Notes: generated by a model not told the origin, from the sequence alone. A stretch of 64,000 nt of DNA from Alphaproteobacteria bacterium (GCA_963665325.3 CAXXWS020000003.1:960001-1024000), one strand, 5' to 3'. Counted from the first letter of the stretch, positions 1 through 13,610 are shown. Made by a program: numbers and translations.

Positions 1-181
1 CCTCCCCGCCCGGTCCGCTCGGCATAGCTTGCGCCCACCGTAAAGAGGAAACTCGCACCGAACGCCTGTGCCGAGCGGAACAGGTTTCCGGCGTTGAGCG
101 GCTTGCTCAGCCCCTCGACGCCGATGCCGAAATAGCCTTTCATGACAGGACCGATTCTGGACCCGGGAGGCAGGGCTGTCC

Positions 182-1192
182 ATGCGCGCCGTAGTGGTGG
201 ACGACTGGAAACCGTTCGACGAACTCGAACTCCGCGAGACGCCGCCGGCGGCGCTCGGGCCCCGCCATGTGCGCATAAGCGGGCGGGCCTGCGGCATTTC
301 CTTCGCCGCCTCGCTGGTGGTGCAGGGCCGCTACCAGCGCCGCCCGCCGCTGCCCTTCACCCCCGGCACCGAATATGCAGGCGTGGTAACCGAGGTGGGC
401 GCGGAAGTCACCCGCTTCCGGCCGGGCGACCGGGTGCTGGCGGTGCTCGACTGGGGCGGGCTGGCGGAAGAAGCCGTCGCGCTCGAGGTCAACACCTTCG
501 CGATCCCCGACAGTATGGAATTCCACCGCGCCATCCCCTTCACCAACTCCTACCACACCTCCTACGCCGCGCTCTGCTGGCCGAACATGCTGCGCCTGGC
601 GGCCGGCGAGACGCTGCTGGTGCACGGCGCGGCCGGCGGCGTCGGCATCGCCGCCGTCGAGATCGGCAAGATCCTGGGCGCGCAGGTAGTCGCGACGGCC
701 GGCTCGGCGGAGAAGCTGGCGGCCGCACGCGAGCACGGCGCGGACCATCTCATCAACTACCGCGAAGCCGATTTCCGTGAGGAGGTGCTGGCGATCACGG
801 ACGGACGCGGGGCGGACGTCATCTACGACCCCGTCGGCGGCGAAGTATTCGAGCAGTCGCTGCGCTGCATCGCCTTCGAGGGGCGCATCATGCCGGTTGG
901 CTTCGCCGGCGGCACGATCCAGCAGATCCCGGCCAATATCCTGCTGGTCAAGACCGTGACCGTGGTGGGCATGAATTTCGGCACCTATGTCGGCTGGAGC
1001 CCGAAGGATATCCGCTATGAGGTCGAGGACCGGATGCGGGCCGGCATGGACCGGCTCTTCGCCTGGTTCGAGGAAGGCCGCCTCAGGCCGAGGGTGGACC
1101 TGACCTTCCCGCTGGAGGGCTTCAAGGACGCGATGGCGGCGGTGCTCTCGCGCCGCGCCATAGGGCGGGTCGCCGTGGTGATGGAGCCGTAG
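182..1192 (+). CDS. NADPH:quinone oxidoreductase family (MDR superfamily)
   Basis: PFTPGTEYAG, LVHGAAGGVG nucleotide-binding motif, GADVIYDPVGG; 336 aa. Confidence 0.9.
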   Translation: MRAVVVDDWKPFDELELRETPPAALGPRHVRISGRACGISFAASLVVQGRYQRRPPLPFTPGTEYAGVVTEVGAEVTRFRPGDRVLAVLDWGGLAEEAVALEVNTFAIPDSMEFHRAIPFTNSYHTSYAALCWPNMLRLAAGETLLVHGAAGGVGIAAVEIGKILGAQVVATAGSAEKLAAAREHGADHLINYREADFREEVLAITDGRGADVIYDPVGGEVFEQSLRCIAFEGRIMPVGFAGGTIQQIPANILLVKTVTVVGMNFGTYVGWSPKDIRYEVEDRMRAGMDRLFAWFEEGRLRPRVDLTFPLEGFKDAMAAVLSRRAIGRVAVVMEP

Positions 1193-1194
1193 CA

Positions 1195-2268
1195 ATGGCG
1201 TGGCCGAGGGCCCTTCCCGCAGCCTTGCTGGCGCTCGCCCTTGCCGCCTGCTCCGGGGTGGACCGACCCGGCGTGCCGGCAACCGGCGCGGAGCGCCAGG
1301 AGGCGCGCCGGCTGTTGCAGGCGAGCGCCATTCCGCAGCAGAGGCAGCTCGGCGAGGCGGACCAGCATGCCTCGCTGGCGCGGGTCGTCCGCCATATCCG
1401 CCCGGCGGCCCACCGGGTCTGCCAGCGCATGAGGGGCGCGAATTGCGGCGCGATCCTCTCGCGCAGCCCCGTCCGCTCGAGAGACCGGAAAATCAACGCC
1501 CATGTCGATGGCAGCCATCGGGTGACGATGAATGCCGGCCTGCTGCGCGCCTCCGGCTCGGACGAGGAAATCGCCGCCGTGCTGGCGCACGAATACGGCC
1601 ATGTGATCGCCGACCATGTGGACAAGCGCATGAAGGATGCCAGCGCCGGCGCGCTGGGCGGGCTGCTCGCCGGCGCGCTGGTCGGGGCCGTCATCTGCGA
1701 CAGCTCCAAGAACGACTGCATGGGGCACATGGTGCGCACGGGCGGGTCGATGGGCCTCGGAATGGGCGCTCTCGCCTATTCCCAGCAGCATGAACTGGAA
1801 GCGGACTACTATTCGGCGCTCATTCTGGCGGAGGCCGGCGTGCCCCTGGAGGCGGGCGAAAAGATGCTGATGCGCCTCGCGCGCACCAAGGAGGGCCGGG
1901 AGGGCGGCTTCGGGCGGCTCGGGATGGCGATGGCCAGCACCCATCCGGCGAACGACGAGCGCATCGCCCGCTGGATCGCGAACCGCCGCGCGCTCCAGCA
2001 CGCCCTCGCCACCGGGCTCGGCACCGATGCCCAGCTGGCCTCAGAGGCGCGGCGCCGCGCGCTGGAGACCGGCGCCACCGAGACGCACTGGGCGAACCCC
2101 CGCACCGGGCACAGCGGGGCCATATCGGTGAAGAAACGGTGGCGCGCCGCCGCCGGCGAGGCATGCGTGCGGTACGGTTGGAAAAGCTGGCAGGCCGCAG
2201 GCCGTGCCGAGAGGCAAGGCGAGGAAACGGCTTGCAGACAAGCCGGCGGACCGTGGCAGGTCCGGTAG
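1195..2268 (+). CDS. M48 family Zn-metallopeptidase lipoprotein with extra C-terminal domain
   Basis: Lipobox LAAC, HEYGH zinc motif, ELEADYY, STHP; C-terminal WxNPxTGxSG segment resembles 17-kDa surface-antigen-like domains. Confidence 0.85.
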   Translation: MAWPRALPAALLALALAACSGVDRPGVPATGAERQEARRLLQASAIPQQRQLGEADQHASLARVVRHIRPAAHRVCQRMRGANCGAILSRSPVRSRDRKINAHVDGSHRVTMNAGLLRASGSDEEIAAVLAHEYGHVIADHVDKRMKDASAGALGGLLAGALVGAVICDSSKNDCMGHMVRTGGSMGLGMGALAYSQQHELEADYYSALILAEAGVPLEAGEKMLMRLARTKEGREGGFGRLGMAMASTHPANDERIARWIANRRALQHALATGLGTDAQLASEARRRALETGATETHWANPRTGHSGAISVKKRWRAAAGEACVRYGWKSWQAAGRAERQGEETACRQAGGPWQVR

Positions 2269-5180
2269 CGGCAGAACGCGGGTTCGACAGCCGGGTGGGC
2301 GATTCCCGGCTGGCGGCGCGGCTCGGCGCAGAGATCGAAGGCGAGGTGCTGTTCGACCCGTTCGAGCGCGGGCGCTATTCCACCGACGCCTCGATCTACC
2401 AGATCGAGCCTATAGGCGTGGTGCGGCCGCGCTCAGTTGCCGACGTCCAGGCGGCCATGGCGATCGCACGCGAGGAGGGCGTGCCGGTGCTGCCCCGCGG
2501 CGGCGGCACCTCGCAGGCGGGCCAGACAATCGGCGAGGCGCTGGTGCTCGACTGCTCGGCGCATCTGGACCGCATCCTGGAGATCGATGCCGCGAACCGG
2601 CGGGCGCGCGTCGAGCCGGGCGTCGTGCTGGGCCGGCTGAATGCGCGGCTCCGCCGGGACGGGCTCATGTTCCCGGTCGATATCTCCACCGCGAGCCGGG
2701 CCACGCTCGGCGGCATGGCGGCGAACAATTCCTGCGGCTCGCGCTCGATCCGCTACGGCAACATGGTCCACAACACCCACGCCATCGAGGCGATCCTGGC
2801 CGACGGCAGCCGCCACCGCTTCGCGCGCATGCCCGGCAATCTCGGCTCCGGAGGCGGCACGCCCGGCTATATCGACCTCGTGCGCAGGCTCCGCGCCATC
2901 GCCGAGCGCGAGCGCGACGCCATCGCGCGCGGCTTCCCGGACGTGCTGCGCAAGGTCGGCGGCTACAATCTCGAAAGCATCGATGCCGCCGGGCACAATA
3001 TGGCCCACCTGCTGGTCGGCTCGGAGGGCACGCTCGGCTTCTTCACCGCGATCGAGGTCGATCTCCAGCCGGTCCCGCCGCACAAGGTGCTGGGCGTGTG
3101 CCACTTCCCGCGCTTTCGCGACGCGATGGACGCCGTGCCCCGGCTTGTGGCGCTGGGTCCCGATGCGGTCGAGCTGGTGGACCGCACGATCATCGAGCTC
3201 GGGCGCGATATCCAGATGTTCCGGGAGACCGTCAGCGAGGTCGTGCAGGGGCGGCCGGACGCGCTGCTGCTGGTCGAATTCGCCGGCGAGGACCGGGCCG
3301 CGCTGCTCGCCCGGCTGGAGGCGCTCGACGATGCGATGAGCGATCTGGGCCATCCGGGCGCCGTCGTCCGCGCCGTCGATCCGGCGCTCCAGGCGCGTAT
3401 CTGGGGCGTGCGCGAGGCGGGGCTCAATATCGTCATGTCGATGAAGACCGAGGGCAAGCCGGTCTCCTTCATCGAGGATTGCGCCGTGCCGCTGGAGGAT
3501 CTGGGAGACTTCACCGACCGGCTGACAGGCGTGTTCGAGAAGCACGGCACGACGGGCACCTGGTATGCCCATGCCTCGGTCGGCCTGCTGCATGTGCGCC
3601 CGGTGCTGAACCTGAAACAGCCCAGGGGGGCGGCCGCGATGCGCGCCATCGCGGAGGAAGCCTTCGCCATGGTGCGCGAATACAAGGGCAGCCATTCCGG
3701 CGAGCATGGCGACGGCATCGTCCGCTCGGAGTTCCACGAGCGCATGTTCGGGCCGGCGCTGGCACGCGCTTTCGAGGAGGTGAAGGACACCTTCGACCCC
3801 GGGGGCCTCTTCAATCCCGGCAAGATCGTCCGCGCGCCGCGCATGGACGACCGCGCGCTCTTCCGCTTCAAGCCGGGCTATGCGGCGGCCCCGCTCGCGC
3901 CGGCGCTCGACTGGTCGGACTGGCCCGGCGGCTTCCTCGGCGCGGCCGAGATGTGCAACAACAACGGCGCCTGCCGGAAGGCCGATCCCGGCGTGATGTG
4001 CCCCTCCTTCCGGGCAACCGGGCGGGAGCGTGACCTAACGCGCGGGCGCGCCAACACGCTGCGCCTCGCGCTCTCCGGACAGCTCGGCCCGGACGCGCTC
4101 GTCTCGGACGACATGGCCCGCACCATGGAGCTCTGCGTCGGCTGCAAGGGCTGCCGGCGCGAATGCCCGACCGGGGTCGATATGGCGCGGATGAAGGTTG
4201 AGTTCCTGCATCAATACAAGGCCCGGCGCGGCCTGACGCTCCGCGACCGGCTGGTCTCCTCCCTGCCGCATTACGCGCCGATGTTCGCGCCCTTCGCCCC
4301 GCTGCTGAACGCAGCCGAGGGGGTCGCGCCGCTCCGGGCGTTGCGCGAGCGCGCAACCGGCTTCTCGCGCCGCCGCCGGCTGCCGGCCTGGCGGCGCGAC
4401 CGCTTCCGGCCGGTGGAAACCGGGGATACCTCCGGCGGCGAGCGGGAGGCCGTGCTGTTCGCCGACTGCTTCAACACCGCTTTCGAGCCGGAAAACGCGC
4501 GCGCGGCCGCGGCCGTGCTAGAGGCAGCCGGCTTCCGTGTGCGCCATCCACGCGGGTCCGATGGCGCGCGCCCACCCTGTTGCGGCCGGAGCTGGCTGGC
4601 GGCGGGCCGCATCGACCGGGCGCGGGCCGAGATGCAGCGCACCGTCGCCATGCTGCTGCCCTATGCAGAGGCCGGCACGCCCATTGTCGGCCTGGAGCCC
4701 TCCTGCCTGTTCACCTTCCGCGACGAGCTGCAGGCCGTGCTGCCGGGGCCGGAGAGTGCCCGCGTCGGCGAAAGCGCCATGATGCTGGAAAGCCTTGTTT
4801 CCGAAGGCGAAGCGGCGGAGCGGCTGGCGGAACGGCTCGGGCCGCTGCCGGAAGGGCGCGCGGTCGTCCACGCCCATTGCCACCGCAAGAGCTTTGACGG
4901 CCCGGCGGCGCTGATGGCCGCGCTCTCGCTGGTGCCGGGCCTCGAGCCCGAGCTGGTCGAGAGCTCCTGCTGCGGCATGGCCGGCAGCTTCGGCTATGAG
5001 GCCGAGCATTACGAGGTTTCGATGAAGATGGCCGAAGCCTCCCTGCTGCCGGCCGTGCGCGCGGCCGGCAAAGACGCGATCATCGCCGCGGACGGCACCA
5101 GTTGCCGCCACCAGATCGCTGACGGCGCCGGCAGACAGGCGCAACATCCCGCACGTATTCTGGAAAGGGCGCTTGCATGA
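2253..5180 (+). CDS. FAD-binding/4Fe-4S oxidoreductase (D-2-hydroxyacid dehydrogenase, GlcD-GlcF fusion/YdiJ-like)
   Basis: PRGGGTSQAGQ, GSEGTLG, SGEHGDG, CNNNGAC, CVGCKGC..ECP, CCGMAGSFG; start uncertain (GTG 2253 or 2295). Confidence 0.9.
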   Translation: MAGPVAAERGFDSRVGDSRLAARLGAEIEGEVLFDPFERGRYSTDASIYQIEPIGVVRPRSVADVQAAMAIAREEGVPVLPRGGGTSQAGQTIGEALVLDCSAHLDRILEIDAANRRARVEPGVVLGRLNARLRRDGLMFPVDISTASRATLGGMAANNSCGSRSIRYGNMVHNTHAIEAILADGSRHRFARMPGNLGSGGGTPGYIDLVRRLRAIAERERDAIARGFPDVLRKVGGYNLESIDAAGHNMAHLLVGSEGTLGFFTAIEVDLQPVPPHKVLGVCHFPRFRDAMDAVPRLVALGPDAVELVDRTIIELGRDIQMFRETVSEVVQGRPDALLLVEFAGEDRAALLARLEALDDAMSDLGHPGAVVRAVDPALQARIWGVREAGLNIVMSMKTEGKPVSFIEDCAVPLEDLGDFTDRLTGVFEKHGTTGTWYAHASVGLLHVRPVLNLKQPRGAAAMRAIAEEAFAMVREYKGSHSGEHGDGIVRSEFHERMFGPALARAFEEVKDTFDPGGLFNPGKIVRAPRMDDRALFRFKPGYAAAPLAPALDWSDWPGGFLGAAEMCNNNGACRKADPGVMCPSFRATGRERDLTRGRANTLRLALSGQLGPDALVSDDMARTMELCVGCKGCRRECPTGVDMARMKVEFLHQYKARRGLTLRDRLVSSLPHYAPMFAPFAPLLNAAEGVAPLRALRERATGFSRRRRLPAWRRDRFRPVETGDTSGGEREAVLFADCFNTAFEPENARAAAAVLEAAGFRVRHPRGSDGARPPCCGRSWLAAGRIDRARAEMQRTVAMLLPYAEAGTPIVGLEPSCLFTFRDELQAVLPGPESARVGESAMMLESLVSEGEAAERLAERLGPLPEGRAVVHAHCHRKSFDGPAALMAALSLVPGLEPELVESSCCGMAGSFGYEAEHYEVSMKMAEASLLPAVRAAGKDAIIAADGTSCRHQIADGAGRQAQHPARILERALA

Positions 5181-5821
5181 CCGCCATCCATGTCTGGGGC
5201 ATCGTCTCCACCCGCGCGCTCCGCGTCCACTGGACCCTGCAGGAACTTGGCCTGACATACGGGACGACACCGCTCCGCACGCGCACGCCGGAGCAGACGG
5301 CCCCGGCCTACCGCGCCGTCAACCTGCTGCACAAGATCCCGACGATGGAGATCGACGGCGTGCGCTACACCGAGTCCGGCGCCATCGCCCTGGAGCTGGC
5401 GTCGCGCTTCCGCGACCGGGTCGATCTCTGGCCGGAAGCCGAGCGGGCCCGCGTGCTCGAATGGTGCTTCTATGTGGCGATGGAGCTCGACGCGACCTCG
5501 CTCTACGTCATCCGCCGCCACGGAGACCTTTCGGAAATATATGGCGAGGCGCCGGTCGCGGTGTCCGGCGCGCGCGAATACTGGCTGAAACAGGCGGCGA
5601 AGGCCGAAGCGGCGCTCGCCGACGGCCGCCCCTGGCTGCTGGGCGAGACCTTCTCGGTCGCCGATATCATGCTTGGCTCGTGCCTCGGCTGGGCCGGCCG
5701 CCGCGACGTCGCCGTGCCGCAGATCCTCCAGGACTACGACGCCCGCCTCCACACCCGCCCCGGCCGCCAGCGCGCCGAGGAAGCCAACGAAGGCCGGATG
5801 GATACGACGGCGGGCGGATAG
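5177..5821 (+). CDS. Glutathione S-transferase family protein
   Basis: KIPTM..DG..ESGAI, FSVADI; overlaps the upstream stop (ATGA). Confidence 0.85.
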   Translation: MTAIHVWGIVSTRALRVHWTLQELGLTYGTTPLRTRTPEQTAPAYRAVNLLHKIPTMEIDGVRYTESGAIALELASRFRDRVDLWPEAERARVLEWCFYVAMELDATSLYVIRRHGDLSEIYGEAPVAVSGAREYWLKQAAKAEAALADGRPWLLGETFSVADIMLGSCLGWAGRRDVAVPQILQDYDARLHTRPGRQRAEEANEGRMDTTAGG

Positions 5822-5840
5822 CGCGGGACTGCCTGCGGGC

Positions 5841-6980
5841 TTACTCCGTCAGGTCGTCCCAGAGTTCGCGGACGCGGGAGAAGAAGCCCTCGGTTTCGGG
5901 GGTGCGGTTCTGGCCGCCGCCTTCCTTCTCGAACTCGCGCAGCAGCTCCGCCTGGCGGCGCGAGAGGTTGACCGGGGTCTCGACCCTGACCGTCACCAGC
6001 ATGTCGCCGCGCTGGCGGGTATTCAGCACCGTCATGCCCTTGCCGCGCAGCCTGAAGCGATTGCCGGACTGGGTGCCGGGCGGCAGGTCGATGCGCGCGC
6101 GCCTGCCCTCGACGGTCGGCACCTCAGCCGTCCCGCCCAGCGCCGCCGCCGTCATCGACACAGGGACCTCGCAATGGATATGCGGCCCGTCCCGGTCGAA
6201 CATCGGATGATCCTCGACATCGAGGAAGATATAGAGGTCGCCCGGCGGGCCGCCGCGTTCGCCGGCATCCCCCTCGCCGGCAAGGCGGATACGGTTGCCC
6301 GCCTCGACGCCTGCCGGGATGGTGACCGTGAGCGTACGGCTCCGCTGCACCCGGCCCCGGCCGGAACAGGTCCGGCAGGGGTCGCGCACCGTCTCTCCCG
6401 ACCCCTGGCAGGCCGCGCATGCGCGCTCCACGGTGAAGAAGCCCTGGCTCGCCCTTATCCGGCCGGCGCCATTGCAGGTCGAACAGGTAACGGGCGGCGC
6501 ACCGCCGGCGGAACCGGTGCCGGAACAGGAGTCGCAGGACGCCGTGCCCGGCACCTCGATCGTCGCCTGCTTGCCCTTGAAGGCTTCCTCCAGCGAGATG
6601 CGCATGTTGTAGCGCATGTCGGCGCCCTGGCGCCGGCCGCCGCGTCCGCGACGCCGGCCGGCCAGATCGCCGAACATCTCGTCGAAAATGTCGCCGAAGC
6701 TGGAGCCGAAGCCGAAATCGAACCCGGGGCTGGCGCCGCCGCCCTGGGTGCGCTGCGTGAAGGCCTCATGGCCCAGCCGGTCGTAAACCTGGCGCTGCTC
6801 CGGGTCCTTCAGGATGTCGTAGGCTTCGTTGACTTCCTTGAAGCGTGCCTCGGCGGTGGCGTCTCCCGGATTGCGGTCCGGGTGGTACTCCTTTGCGAGC
6901 CTGCGATAGGAGCGCTTCAGGTCGTCCGCACTCGCCGTCCGGGGTGCGTCCAGAACCTCGTAGAAGTCGCGTCCGGCCAT
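5841..6980 (-). CDS. dnaJ: Chaperone DnaJ
   Basis: J domain with HPD, four CxxCxGxG repeats, follows dnaK. Confidence 0.97.
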   Translation of the reverse strand: MAGRDFYEVLDAPRTASADDLKRSYRRLAKEYHPDRNPGDATAEARFKEVNEAYDILKDPEQRQVYDRLGHEAFTQRTQGGGASPGFDFGFGSSFGDIFDEMFGDLAGRRRGRGGRRQGADMRYNMRISLEEAFKGKQATIEVPGTASCDSCSGTGSAGGAPPVTCSTCNGAGRIRASQGFFTVERACAACQGSGETVRDPCRTCSGRGRVQRSRTLTVTIPAGVEAGNRIRLAGEGDAGERGGPPGDLYIFLDVEDHPMFDRDGPHIHCEVPVSMTAAALGGTAEVPTVEGRRARIDLPPGTQSGNRFRLRGKGMTVLNTRQRGDMLVTVRVETPVNLSRRQAELLREFEKEGGGQNRTPETEGFFSRVRELWDDLTE

Positions 6981-7001
6981 CGGAGCCGCTGCCGGGCCGG
7001 A

Positions 7002-8924
<1,923 letters not shown>

Positions 8925-9041
8925 TCGGTTCACCCCTACCCCGTGCGGCAAGCCCGGACCGCCCGCAAGCGCAGCGCCTGTCCCGGCTCCCTTTCATGAC
9001 ACTGAAAAAATCGGGCGCGCGCCCGACCTCCGTTGCGCGGG

Positions 9042-9071
9042 TATATATGAACGCGCTGTTGGCGCTACAAG
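9042..9071 (-). promoter_or_regulatory. Putative RpoH (sigma32) promoter of dnaKJ
   Basis: Minus strand CTTGTA-N16-CATATATA upstream of dnaK, similar to the alphaproteobacterial sigma32 consensus. Confidence 0.6.
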
Positions 9072-9123
9072 ACCCGGCGGCCCCTCGCGAGGTGCGGCAA
9101 AAGAAACCCATTCGGGCGGAAAG

Positions 9124-9948
9124 ATGACCGGCACCGTCGTTTCTGCAAGCTACCGCACGGACATCCCGGCCTTTTACGGCGACTGGTTCGCCCGCCGCCT
9201 CGCCGCCGGCTATGCACTGGTGCGCAACCCATGGTCCGGCGCGACCTACCGGGTGGACCTCACGCCGGAAGCCGTCGCCGGCTATGTCTTCTGGACCCGC
9301 AATCCCTCGCCCTTCATGCCTGTGTTGGCAGGGCTCGAGCGGCCTTTCGCCGTCCAGTTGACGATTACCGGCTACGGACGCCGGCTCGAACCTTCGGTGC
9401 CTCCGCCCGAACGCGCCGTCGAAGCCGCGCATGCCCTCGCCGCGCGCTTCGGCCCCCGATGCGTGGTCTGGCGTTACGACCCGATCCTGTCGCCGACGCA
9501 GGGCCATGTGGAGGCCGCCGGACGGCTGGCGGAATCGCTGCGGGACGCGACTGACGAATGCGTCATCTCCTTCGCTTCCTTCTACCGCAAGACGCGGCGC
9601 AACCTGGCGGCGGCCGGCTTCGCCTGGGAGGACCCGGAGCCGGATCGTCGCGTCCGGCTGGTCGAAGCGCTGGCGGATGCCGTTTCGCCCCTCCGCCTCA
9701 CCGTCTGCGCACAGCCGGAGCTGACCGCCGGCGCAGCCGAACCGGCGCGCTGCATCGATCCGGACCGCCTCGGCCTCGGCGCCCGTCCGGAGCGGGGCAA
9801 CCGGCCCGGCTGCGCTTGCGCCGCCAGCCGGGACATCGGCGCCTACGACACCTGCCCGCACGGCTGCCTCTACTGCTACGCCAACGCCTCTCCCAAAGCC
9901 GCCCGGCGCCGCTTCAAGGCGCACGACCCCGAAGCCGAGATGCTTTAG
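9124..9948 (+). CDS. DUF1848 family protein (radical-SAM-like)
   Basis: SASYRTDIPAFY N-terminus, FWTRN, WRYDP, DIGAYDTCPHGCLYCYAN. Confidence 0.85.
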   Translation: MTGTVVSASYRTDIPAFYGDWFARRLAAGYALVRNPWSGATYRVDLTPEAVAGYVFWTRNPSPFMPVLAGLERPFAVQLTITGYGRRLEPSVPPPERAVEAAHALAARFGPRCVVWRYDPILSPTQGHVEAAGRLAESLRDATDECVISFASFYRKTRRNLAAAGFAWEDPEPDRRVRLVEALADAVSPLRLTVCAQPELTAGAAEPARCIDPDRLGLGARPERGNRPGCACAASRDIGAYDTCPHGCLYCYANASPKAARRRFKAHDPEAEML

Positions 9949-10571
9949 CCGACCGCTTCCAGCATGCCCCCGACGGCGGCCTCGAACATGGCCGGGGTCA
10001 GCCGCCCGGTATTGGTGTTGTAGCGCGAGCAATGGTAGCTGTCGGCGAGCAGGCGGCCGCAGCCGAGCCGGTGCAGCGTGCCGTGGCCGAACGGCCGGGC
10101 AGCGCGCCTCTCGCCGAGCGCGGCAAGCACGGCATCGTGGGCGACGCGCCCGAGCGCCAGCACCGCGCCGCTTTCCGGCAGGTTTTCAAGTTCGCCCGCA
10201 AGGAAGGGGCGGCAGGCTGCCACTTCCGCGCCGACGGGCTTATTTTGCGGCGGGACACAGCGGACCGCATTGACGATGCGGCAGCCGGTAAGCGTGAAGC
10301 CGTCTTCGGCATGGCCGCCATAGTTTCCCTGCGCCAGGCCAAACTTCAGCAGAGTCGCGAACAGGAGGTCGCCGGCATAGTCGCCGGTGAAGGGTCTACC
10401 GGTGCGATTGGCGCCGCGCAGACCGGGCGCAAGGCCGACGATCAGCACCTTCGCGCCGCACGGCCCGAAGGCCGGCACAGGGGCATTGAACCAGCCGGGC
10501 TCCGCTTCACGCCAATGATGGCGGAATGCCCGGAGGCGGGGACAGAAGGGACAGTCCGGATCAGGCTCCAT
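9945..10571 (-). CDS. Uracil-DNA glycosylase (family 5/UdgB-like)
   Basis: CPFCPRL, GLAPGLRGANRTGRPFTGD, RCVPPQNKP, YHCSRYN. Confidence 0.92.
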   Translation of the reverse strand: MEPDPDCPFCPRLRAFRHHWREAEPGWFNAPVPAFGPCGAKVLIVGLAPGLRGANRTGRPFTGDYAGDLLFATLLKFGLAQGNYGGHAEDGFTLTGCRIVNAVRCVPPQNKPVGAEVAACRPFLAGELENLPESGAVLALGRVAHDAVLAALGERRAARPFGHGTLHRLGCGRLLADSYHCSRYNTNTGRLTPAMFEAAVGGMLEAVG

Positions 10572-11184
10572 ACTGCTCTTCGACGCCGTCCTGAGCCTCC
10601 TCGAAGCGCAGGTTTTCCCGCTGCGCGCGGCGCGCCTGGGCGGCTTCCCGCTCGTCCTGGTCGCGCATAATCGACGGCGCCAGATCGAGCAGGTCCATGA
10701 AGAAATCCGCTTGCCGGCGCAGGTCGTCGGACACCATGGGCGGCTGGCTCTTCATCGTGCTGACGACGGTGACGCGCACACCGCGGCGCTGCAGCGCCTC
10801 CACGAGACGGCGGAAGTCGCCATCGCCCGAGAACAGCACGATATGCTCCAGATTGTCGGCCATCTCCATGGCATCGACAGCGAGCTCTATATCCATGTTT
10901 CCTTTGATTTTACGGCGGCCCATGGCGTCGGTGAACTCGCGTGCCGGCTTGGTGACCATGGTGAAGCCGTTATAGTCGAGCCAGTCCACCAGCGGGCGGA
11001 TCGGCGAATACTCCTGATCCTCGATCAACGCCGTGTAATAGAAGGCGCGGATAAGCCGCCCGCGCTTCGAGAAATAGTCGAGCATCCGCTTGTAGTCGAT
11101 ATTGATGTTCAGGCCGCGCGCGGCGGCATAAAGATTGGCACCGTCGATGAACAGCGCAGTACGTTCTTCCATATATGTGCGCAT
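10561..11184 (-). CDS. NYN domain (LabA/DUF88) protein
   Basis: FIDGANL, KGNMDIELAVD, FSGDGDF, LRRQADFF. Confidence 0.92.
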   Translation of the reverse strand: MRTYMEERTALFIDGANLYAAARGLNINIDYKRMLDYFSKRGRLIRAFYYTALIEDQEYSPIRPLVDWLDYNGFTMVTKPAREFTDAMGRRKIKGNMDIELAVDAMEMADNLEHIVLFSGDGDFRRLVEALQRRGVRVTVVSTMKSQPPMVSDDLRRQADFFMDLLDLAPSIMRDQDEREAAQARRAQRENLRFEEAQDGVEEQYGA

Positions 11185-11274
11185 GGTGTGGGAAACTCCG
11201 AAAATCGCGGCAATCCGCTAAACTGATATGGCAACCTAGGCGAGAGGTCGCCGGGCGACAAGGGGCCGCCGGGG

Positions 11275-11769
11275 ATGATTCTGATCGGATTGGGGGCGAA
11301 CCTGCCGTCGCCGGAGCACGGGCCGCCGCAGGCGACGCTCGAGGCGGCGCTGGACGCGCTGGGAGCGCAGGGCGCAAATGTGCTCAGGCGCTCGCCCTGG
11401 TACGAGAGCGCGCCGGTGCCGCCGAGCGGGCAGCCCTGGTATGTCAACGCCGTGGCGCAGGTGGAGAGCGCCCTCTCCCCGCAGGCGCTGCTGGCGGCGC
11501 TGCTCGATGTCGAGGCGGGTTTGGGCCGGGTCCGCAGCATCCGCAATGCCTCCCGGACGGTCGATCTCGACCTCCTCGACTATCGCGGCCTGGTCACCGG
11601 ACCCGGCGAGAAGCCCGAACTGCCGCATCCCCGTCTCCATGAGCGCGCCTTCGTGCTGCTGCCGCTCCGCGACCTGGCGCCCAGCTGGCGCCATCCCACC
11701 TCCGGCCGGACGGTGGGTGCGCTAATCGAGGCGCTCGGCCGGCCAGGCCCGGTCCGGTGGCTGCCATAG
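11275..11769 (+). CDS. folK: 2-amino-4-hydroxy-6-hydroxymethyldihydropteridine diphosphokinase
   Basis: IGLGANL, YVNAV, RTVDLDLL, LPHPRLHERAFVLLPL. Confidence 0.95.
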   Translation: MILIGLGANLPSPEHGPPQATLEAALDALGAQGANVLRRSPWYESAPVPPSGQPWYVNAVAQVESALSPQALLAALLDVEAGLGRVRSIRNASRTVDLDLLDYRGLVTGPGEKPELPHPRLHERAFVLLPLRDLAPSWRHPTSGRTVGALIEALGRPGPVRWLP

Positions 11770-11950
11770 GATTCGTTTGCAATACTGCCGACAAGGCATT
11801 GCCGCACACGCCGCACTGGGTTAAACTGCGCACTTCTTGAGCCCTCGTCCGCCGCCCGGCGGGATTTTCGGCCCCTTCCCCTTGCGTTCGAATTTTCCGC
11901 TTTTGCGGGCGAGTTGGCTTTCAACAGCAACCGATGGACGGTCCGAGGTC

Positions 11951-13252
<1,302 letters not shown>

Positions 13253-13271
13253 CGCCGGGAGGCGCGCTGCC

Positions 13272-13610
13272 ATGTCCGACGCCGCTTCGCCGGTGGCGGG
13301 CGGAGACACCACCCGGCCCGTCCTGCTGCAAATGGCGGAACGCTATATCTGGTGGAAGACGCCGGAGGACGCCGCCCGCTATCCCGACCGGGTGCTGGCG
13401 CAGGTCATGGATATCGGCACTTTCGAGGACTGCCGGGACATGAGGGCGGCGTTCGGCGACGAGCGCCTCTGCGCGGTCATGCGCCGCGCAGAGCCCGGCT
13501 GGTTCCGCGCCCGGAGCTGGGCCTTCTGGCAGACGGCGCTCGGCATCGACGCCGGCCCCCGCCCCGTTCGCCGCAAGCTGCCGCCCGCCCCTTGGGAGCG
13601 CGGCGCATGA
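13272..13610 (+). CDS. Small putative antitoxin (DUF6922-like) partner of AbiEii toxin
   Basis: YIWW..RVLAQVMDIGT..SWAFW pattern; stop overlaps the AbiEii start (ATGA). Confidence 0.6.
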   Translation: MSDAASPVAGGDTTRPVLLQMAERYIWWKTPEDAARYPDRVLAQVMDIGTFEDCRDMRAAFGDERLCAVMRRAEPGWFRARSWAFWQTALGIDAGPRPVRRKLPPAPWERGA

